Source of the DNA: an uncultured delta proteobacterium
Lineage (GTDB): Bacteria > Desulfobacterota > Binatia > Binatales > Binataceae
Assembly (NCBI GenBank): GCA_963765675.1
Contig: CAVXXK010000006.1
Span: 160,001 to 224,000, forward strand
Length of the DNA stretch: 64,000 nucleotides
Direction: 5' to 3'
Made by a program: the position numbers and the translations under genes
The notes under the pieces: generated by a model
What the model saw: the letters and a program-made list of their open reading frames with translations, nothing else
Databases searched by the model: none
Told to the model about the DNA's origin: nothing
Part shown: piece by piece, positions 58,902 through 64,000 of the stretch
Layout of the letters: each line of letters opens with the position of its first letter
How positions within the stretch are numbered: the stretch's first letter is position 1

Positions 58902-58922
58902 TTTGCGTCAATTTGACACTTA
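58902..58922. promoter_or_regulatory. Probable NrtR operator
   Basis: TTTGCGTCAATTTGACACTTA, an imperfect palindrome with GT-N7-AC core, 19 bp upstream of nadA. Confidence 0.7.
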
Positions 58923-58972
58923 CTCTATTGCGGACTGTGACACCGCGCAAGGGCAAAGCGGTAGCGGGAAAA

Positions 58973-59995
58973 TCATTCGCGCGGGATTCGAACCCACAGC
59001 GGCGCGCCTTCGATTAGCGCCGCGGCGTTTGCGCCGCCGGCAATGCGCGCGCGCAGCTCGATTCCCGCATTCAGCGTAAGCACGATCGCGCCCCCGTCAT
59101 TCTCGACCGCGACGATCCGCGCCGCGATCGCTTCGCCGTCGACCGAAGCCGCGGAGGTGTCGCTGATCTCGACGCCCTCTGCCACGAGCGTCGGCGTGCC
59201 GGAGCCGTCAGGATCGACCGCGAGTGTCATCGCGCGAGCATGCAGAGCGAACTTGATTTCAGCGGGATCGGGAGGACTCGAATCTACCGTGACGCGTGCG
59301 GTCTTCAGGAACCGCGCGATCATCGCCGATGCGGGCTTCGCAAAGACCTCGCGCGGCGCGCCGGACTGCATCACGACGCCATCGATCAGGATCGCGACGC
59401 GATCCCCAAGAGTGAGCGCCTCTGAGAAATTGTGCGTTACGTGAATCGTCGTGGTGCCGAGCTCGCGATGCGTTGCGCGCAGGCGCTCGCGCAGTGCGTA
59501 GCGCGAATTTGGATCAAGCGCTGCCATCGGCTCGTCGAGCAACAGCAGAACCGGATTGGCCGCGAGCGCCCGCGCAATCGCGACGCGCTGCCGCTCGCCG
59601 CCCGACAGCCCGCGCGGCATCCGATCAAGCAGCGGCTCGATTTCGAGCATCCGCGCGAGCCGCGCGATCGCCGCCGCACGCTCGCCGCGCGCAATCCGAT
59701 GCGCTCCGTAGGCAAGATTCGCGCGCACGCTCAGATGCGGAAACAGGAGGCTATCCTGGTACAGAAACCCGATCTGCCGCGACTCGGGCGCGCTCGCCGT
59801 GACCTCGCGCGAGTCCATCAGGATTCGCCCGGCCGAGGGCCTGCGCAGCCCGGCGATCGTTTCGAGCGTGACGGTCTTTCCTGCGCCGGTCGGCCCCAGA
59901 ACGATCAGATACTCGCCGTCGCCGGCTTCGAGCGTGAGCGGGCCTAAGTGAAACGCGCCTGCGCTGACCGCAATATCCTCGATCCGAAGCCGCAT
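58973..59995 (-). CDS. ABC transporter ATP-binding subunit (molybdate/tungstate-type, TOBE-like C-terminus)
   Basis: GPTGAGKT, LFPHLSV, LSGGERQR, LLLDEP, HVTH. Confidence 0.88.
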   Translation of the reverse strand: MRLRIEDIAVSAGAFHLGPLTLEAGDGEYLIVLGPTGAGKTVTLETIAGLRRPSAGRILMDSREVTASAPESRQIGFLYQDSLLFPHLSVRANLAYGAHRIARGERAAAIARLARMLEIEPLLDRMPRGLSGGERQRVAIARALAANPVLLLLDEPMAALDPNSRYALRERLRATHRELGTTTIHVTHNFSEALTLGDRVAILIDGVVMQSGAPREVFAKPASAMIARFLKTARVTVDSSPPDPAEIKFALHARAMTLAVDPDGSGTPTLVAEGVEISDTSAASVDGEAIAARIVAVENDGGAIVLTLNAGIELRARIAGGANAAALIEGAPLWVRIPRE

Positions 59996-60141
59996 CGCGA
60001 CGAGACTAGCACGTTGCGCGTGCTGCTCCATCGGATAGCGCAGGCGATTCGATGGCGCTCGGGAGGCGGGGTTTGCTACACGAATCTGTACGGGCGCGCG
60101 GCATGGTTCGCTTCCGGACGGCGCCGCAAGGAGTTAAAGCG

Positions 60142-61290
60142 ATGGATGAAGTTTCTGATCGCGACATAATTGCTGCCGTGCGCAGCTTCGTCGAGCGCGA
60201 GGTGATGCCGTTCGCCTCCGAGCTCGAGCATCGCGACGAGTATCCGCATGCGATGGTCGCCTCGATGAAGCAGCTCGGACTCTTCGGCGCGACTATTCCG
60301 GTCGAGCACGGCGGCCTGGGACTCGCGTTTGCGACCTACGCGCGCGTGATGGAGGAGCTGTCGCGCGGATGGATGAGTCTGGCCGGCGTGATCAACAGCC
60401 ATCTGATTATGGCTTTCATCATCGCGCATCACGGCACCGACGCGCAGAAGAAATATTTCCTGCCCGCGATGGCGCGCGGCGAGAAGCGAGGCGGCCTTGC
60501 GCTCACCGAGCCGCATGCCGGCAGCGACGTGCAATCGATCCGCACGACGGCGGTGCGCCGCGGCGACGACTATATTCTCAAGGGCAGCAAGATGTTCATC
60601 ACCAACGCGCGCAACGGCACGATGCTGGCGGTCGCGGCGAAGACCGATCCGCGCGCCAAGCCCGCATACGCGGGCATCAGCATGTTCGCGGTCGAAAAGA
60701 ACGACGCGGGACCGGCGGTCAGCGCGAATCTCAAGAAGATCGGCTACAAGGGAATCGACACCTGCGAAGTGACTTTCGACGATCTCGCGGTTCCGGCGGC
60801 GAGCCTGATCGGCGGCGCCGAGGGCTTGGGATTCAAGCAGGTGATGAGCGCGCTCGAGGTCGGGCGCATCAACGTGGCCGCGCGCGCGGTCGGAGTAGGG
60901 CAGGCCGCGTTCGAAACCGCGATTCGCTACGCGCAGCAAAGGACGACATTCGGCAAACCGATTTGCGAGCATCAGGCGGTGCAGTTGCTGCTCGCCGATA
61001 TGGGCACGCGGGTCGAGGCGGCGCGCCTGCTGGTCGCCAACGCCGCGCGGAAAAAAGATGCGGGCGAGCGCTGCGACGTCGAGGCCGGGATGGCGAAGCT
61101 GTTCGCCTCGGAGGCGTGCGCGAAAATCTCGCTCGACGCGATGCGCGTGCTCGGCGGCTACGGCTTTATGCAGGAGTTCCCGGTCGAGCGCTTCTATCGC
61201 GACGCCCCGCTAATGATGATCGGCGAAGGCACCAACGAGATCCAGGCGCTGGTGATAGCCCGCGGCCTAATCGCGCGCTACCCGGCATGA
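60142..61290 (+). CDS. Acyl-CoA dehydrogenase
   Basis: LTEPHAGSD, GSKMFITN, R.TFGKPI, GGYGF, IGEGTNEIQ; AAGGAG RBS. Confidence 0.94.
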   Translation: MDEVSDRDIIAAVRSFVEREVMPFASELEHRDEYPHAMVASMKQLGLFGATIPVEHGGLGLAFATYARVMEELSRGWMSLAGVINSHLIMAFIIAHHGTDAQKKYFLPAMARGEKRGGLALTEPHAGSDVQSIRTTAVRRGDDYILKGSKMFITNARNGTMLAVAAKTDPRAKPAYAGISMFAVEKNDAGPAVSANLKKIGYKGIDTCEVTFDDLAVPAASLIGGAEGLGFKQVMSALEVGRINVAARAVGVGQAAFETAIRYAQQRTTFGKPICEHQAVQLLLADMGTRVEAARLLVANAARKKDAGERCDVEAGMAKLFASEACAKISLDAMRVLGGYGFMQEFPVERFYRDAPLMMIGEGTNEIQALVIARGLIARYPA

Positions 61291-62028
61291 TCACATCAGC
61301 GCGAGCTCGTGCAGGGCTCGAGCACATTCTTCTGGATGCGTGAACATGATCTCGTGGCCGCACTTCACGATCTTAATCGCGGGATTCTTTAGACGGCTCG
61401 AATAGAACGGATGCCATCCGGATGCGCCTGCGATTGGCGTCTGGTCGTTTTCGCACACGAGATAACCAGTCGGCACGCCGGATTCGTGGAATGCTTTCAT
61501 CGGGACCGGATCGCTCACTGGTCCCCACGGCTGCGGGCATAGCGACGCGTCGATCCATTTGCGCATTACCGGCGGAACGTCGTTCATCAACCCTTCATAG
61601 AATTGCGGGCCCATCATCTCGACCGGAACCGAACGGTCCGGGCGCGACGCGACCAGGTCGAGCATCGGTTTGGTCGCCGGATTTGCGGGATCGGTCAGAC
61701 GCTCGCCGTCGAGCGGAACGATCGCGCTTACGAACACTGTGCGTTTGATGCGTGACGGAATGCGTGCGGTGACACACGAAATTGTCAACCCGCCGAGACT
61801 ATGCCCCGCCAGCACGACGCCGCGCAGGTCGCGCTCTTCGATGTATCGCACAACGCTATCGACGTAGCTTTGCAACGTTATTTTCGCGCGATCGGCATAA
61901 TTTTGTCCATGACCGGGCAGATCTACCGCGAACGCGCGATCGCCGAGCTTTTCGAGCTGATTGGTAACTGCTGCCCAGCACCACGCACCGTGCCATGCGC
62001 CGTGTACGAGCACGAAGGTCTCAGCCAT
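61291..62028 (-). CDS. Alpha/beta hydrolase (esterase-like)
   Basis: VLVHGAWHGAWCW, DLPGHG, GHSLGG, GHE. Confidence 0.92.
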   Translation of the reverse strand: MAETFVLVHGAWHGAWCWAAVTNQLEKLGDRAFAVDLPGHGQNYADRAKITLQSYVDSVVRYIEERDLRGVVLAGHSLGGLTISCVTARIPSRIKRTVFVSAIVPLDGERLTDPANPATKPMLDLVASRPDRSVPVEMMGPQFYEGLMNDVPPVMRKWIDASLCPQPWGPVSDPVPMKAFHESGVPTGYLVCENDQTPIAGASGWHPFYSSRLKNPAIKIVKCGHEIMFTHPEECARALHELALM

Positions 62029-62125
62029 CGTTAGGATCCTCCACGATCCGTCACTAACCATGAATGCCTGTTGAGGTGCAACGATTGGACCGATTGTTGC
62101 GTCTAGGTAACACGAGGCGGGAACG

Positions 62126-62446
62126 ATGTACGGGAAACAAACCTTGGAAATGCGTCGGGGATTGGAAGCGCAAACCGGCTACTTCGTGTTAGCGGTTATA
62201 TTCAGCTTGTTATTCGTCATCGTGACCTGGCGATGGGCCGCTCTGGTCAATCCTCGCGTGTGGAGTGTTTGGGAAAACTCCGACTATTCCGTCAGTCACC
62301 CCGTTGCCACTTCAGTAGAGACCGCTCCACCGGGCCCCGGAGAGCCGGCAACTATTACACGGTCCGATGCGCAGCGGCAGCAAGGCTCGAAGGCTATCCT
62401 GCTGCGGATGTTCGCGCTCGGAATGGGCAACGCTCCCGCGCAATAG
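62126..62446 (+). CDS. Small membrane hypothetical protein
   Basis: One TM segment; 106 aa; GAGG upstream. Confidence 0.45.
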   Translation: MYGKQTLEMRRGLEAQTGYFVLAVIFSLLFVIVTWRWAALVNPRVWSVWENSDYSVSHPVATSVETAPPGPGEPATITRSDAQRQQGSKAILLRMFALGMGNAPAQ

Positions 62447-62480
62447 AGACCGCGGTTCGAATCGTCAATTTGCGGCGCAA

Positions 62481-63689
62481 TTATGACGCGACCGGCGTGA
62501 CCTGCTGACCGTCGTGGAGCTTCGGTGACGGCGCCACGATCACCGTCTCACCGCCGGTCAGCCCCTGCGTGACCTGTATCCCGTCCTGAAATTCACGGCC
62601 GAGCGAAATGTCAGCCCGATGCGCTGCGCCGTCGCGCACGGTCCAGACGTAGCTGCGAGACTCGTCAGTAACCACCGCTTTCTTCGGCACCAGAACCAGA
62701 GCTGCTTCCTGCTTGGCAGCCACCGCCGCGAGAAATGTCACCTTCGCGCTCATCTCCGGCTTGATCACCTGGAGATCGGGATGAAGGATATGAACCTCGA
62801 CCTTGACGGTTCCTTTTTGCCGATCCGCCTCGGGATAAATCTTGACCACACGCGCGTCGAAGGGACGATCGGGATAAGCGTCGAGGAGCACCGTGGCGGG
62901 ACTGCCGATCGCGACTTTGGCGATATCACTTTCGTTGATATCGACCTCGGCGCGCATATCGTCGGTATTGGCAAGCTGCGCGATATCGGTCATGCCCTCG
63001 TCCGAGGCGACCGCGTTGCCGTAACTGATCATCGATCCCGCCTCGCGGAACTTCTTGAGCACGATTCCATTGATCGGCGAGCGGATGGTGCACTGGCTGA
63101 CGTTGAATTTCGCAAATGCGATCTCAGCCTCGGCTTTTTTCAGATTGGCCTCGTCCACTGACAGCGCGTTGGTGGTGACGTCATACTGGTCGTGCGATTC
63201 GACGCCGCTTCTGAAAAGTTCGAGCTGGCGTTTCTGCTGCGCGCGCCCCAGCACGACGTTGGCCGCCGCGAGGTTGCGATCAGCGATCGCCTGGTTTAGC
63301 TGGGCGACATAGTCGCGGTCGTCGATCTTCGCGAGCAGGTCGCCTTTCTTTACGTACTGTCCTTCCTGGATCGGTTCGCTGACGATCTGGCCCAGAATCT
63401 GCGCGCCGATCGTGATGTACTTGTCTTTGGTGACGATATAGCCCGAACCGGTCAGGACCGCGCCGGGCTGTCCGGCCCGCTTGATCGAAACCAGCGCGGT
63501 CTGCACCTCGAGCGGCCGCCCCAGCGTATTCAGGTAGGCGTAATATCCAGCCGCGCCGAGGACCGCGACGACGCCGAGCACGATCGCGGCCGGGATCAGC
63601 CGGCTCTTGCGCTGCGGTTCGGTGCTGCGTTTGATCCGCAGCGATTCGAGCTCGCGGATATTGGGTGGTCGCGATTGTTCCCCGGCCAT
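62481..63689 (-). CDS. MacA-like periplasmic adaptor (membrane fusion protein)
   Basis: N-terminal TM, VKKGDLLAKID, IRSPINGIV, VDINESDI, PEMSAKV. Confidence 0.92.
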   Translation of the reverse strand: MAGEQSRPPNIRELESLRIKRSTEPQRKSRLIPAAIVLGVVAVLGAAGYYAYLNTLGRPLEVQTALVSIKRAGQPGAVLTGSGYIVTKDKYITIGAQILGQIVSEPIQEGQYVKKGDLLAKIDDRDYVAQLNQAIADRNLAAANVVLGRAQQKRQLELFRSGVESHDQYDVTTNALSVDEANLKKAEAEIAFAKFNVSQCTIRSPINGIVLKKFREAGSMISYGNAVASDEGMTDIAQLANTDDMRAEVDINESDIAKVAIGSPATVLLDAYPDRPFDARVVKIYPEADRQKGTVKVEVHILHPDLQVIKPEMSAKVTFLAAVAAKQEAALVLVPKKAVVTDESRSYVWTVRDGAAHRADISLGREFQDGIQVTQGLTGGETVIVAPSPKLHDGQQVTPVAS

Positions 63690-63692
63690 CGC

Positions 63693-63998
63693 TTAGCTCC
63701 TTCTGAGCGCATCGACCACGCCCAGGCGCATCGCCTGGCGCGCGGGCAGCCATCCGCCGAGCATACCCATCAAAGCGGAGAAGACCAGCGCCTCGATTAC
63801 GATCGCGAACGTCACCCGGAAATTAAACGCCATCGTCGAGAAGGTGACAAAGTTTCCGAAGGTGGTCGAAAACCCGTCTATCGGCATCGCGAGCAAAATT
63901 CCGATTGCTCCCGCCGCCGTCGCCAGTAGCACCGATTCGATCAGGAAGCACAGCAGGACCGAGTTCGGGCTGAAGCCGAGCGCGCGTAGCGTCCCGAT
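63693..63998 (-). CDS. ABC transporter permease (MacB/FtsX-like), C-terminal part only
   Basis: EIGTLRALGF...IESVLL...GGWLPARQAMRL; runs off the window edge. Confidence 0.85.
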   Translation of the reverse strand: MGTLRALGFSPNSVLLCFLIESVLLATAAGAIGILLAMPIDGFSTTFGNFVTFSTMAFNFRVTFAIVIEALVFSALMGMLGGWLPARQAMRLGVVDALRRS

Positions 63999-64000
63999 TT

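Overview
GC-rich bacterial chromosomal window. Gene content and small secreted-protein style suggest a Binatota/Deltaproteobacteria-like organism, which is an inference only. Most genes are housekeeping: ftsK-lolA-rimO-dksA, fabF-fabH, tkt-pgl, typA, hisC-pth, tyrS, nadA-nrtR, an NtrC-type two-component system and a MacAB-type efflux system. No rRNA, tRNA, CRISPR array, integrase or transposase was seen. Four things stand out. (1) An 8-gene, tightly coupled minus-strand lipid operon (8681-20146) has a myxobacterial ElbBCD-like ether-lipid core (HAD-IB, LarA-like protein, reductase-ligase-ACP-acyltransferase megaenzyme), extended by a secreted PLC/P1-type Zn hydrolase, a CX5R phosphatase, a Pcs-like enzyme and an unannotated two-domain protein. 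(2) An ImmA/IrrE metallopeptidase + XRE repressor pair lies divergent from an uncharacterised GNAT-like gene with an SD-sequestering structured leader, outside any visible mobile element. (3) A candidate three-hairpin sRNA with anti-Shine-Dalgarno C-rich loops lies at about 23447-23570. (4) A variable region (about 24.9-30.7 kb) carries two REP-like palindrome families that bracket accessory genes. Three genes carry apparent single-base insertions, which may be sequencing errors.
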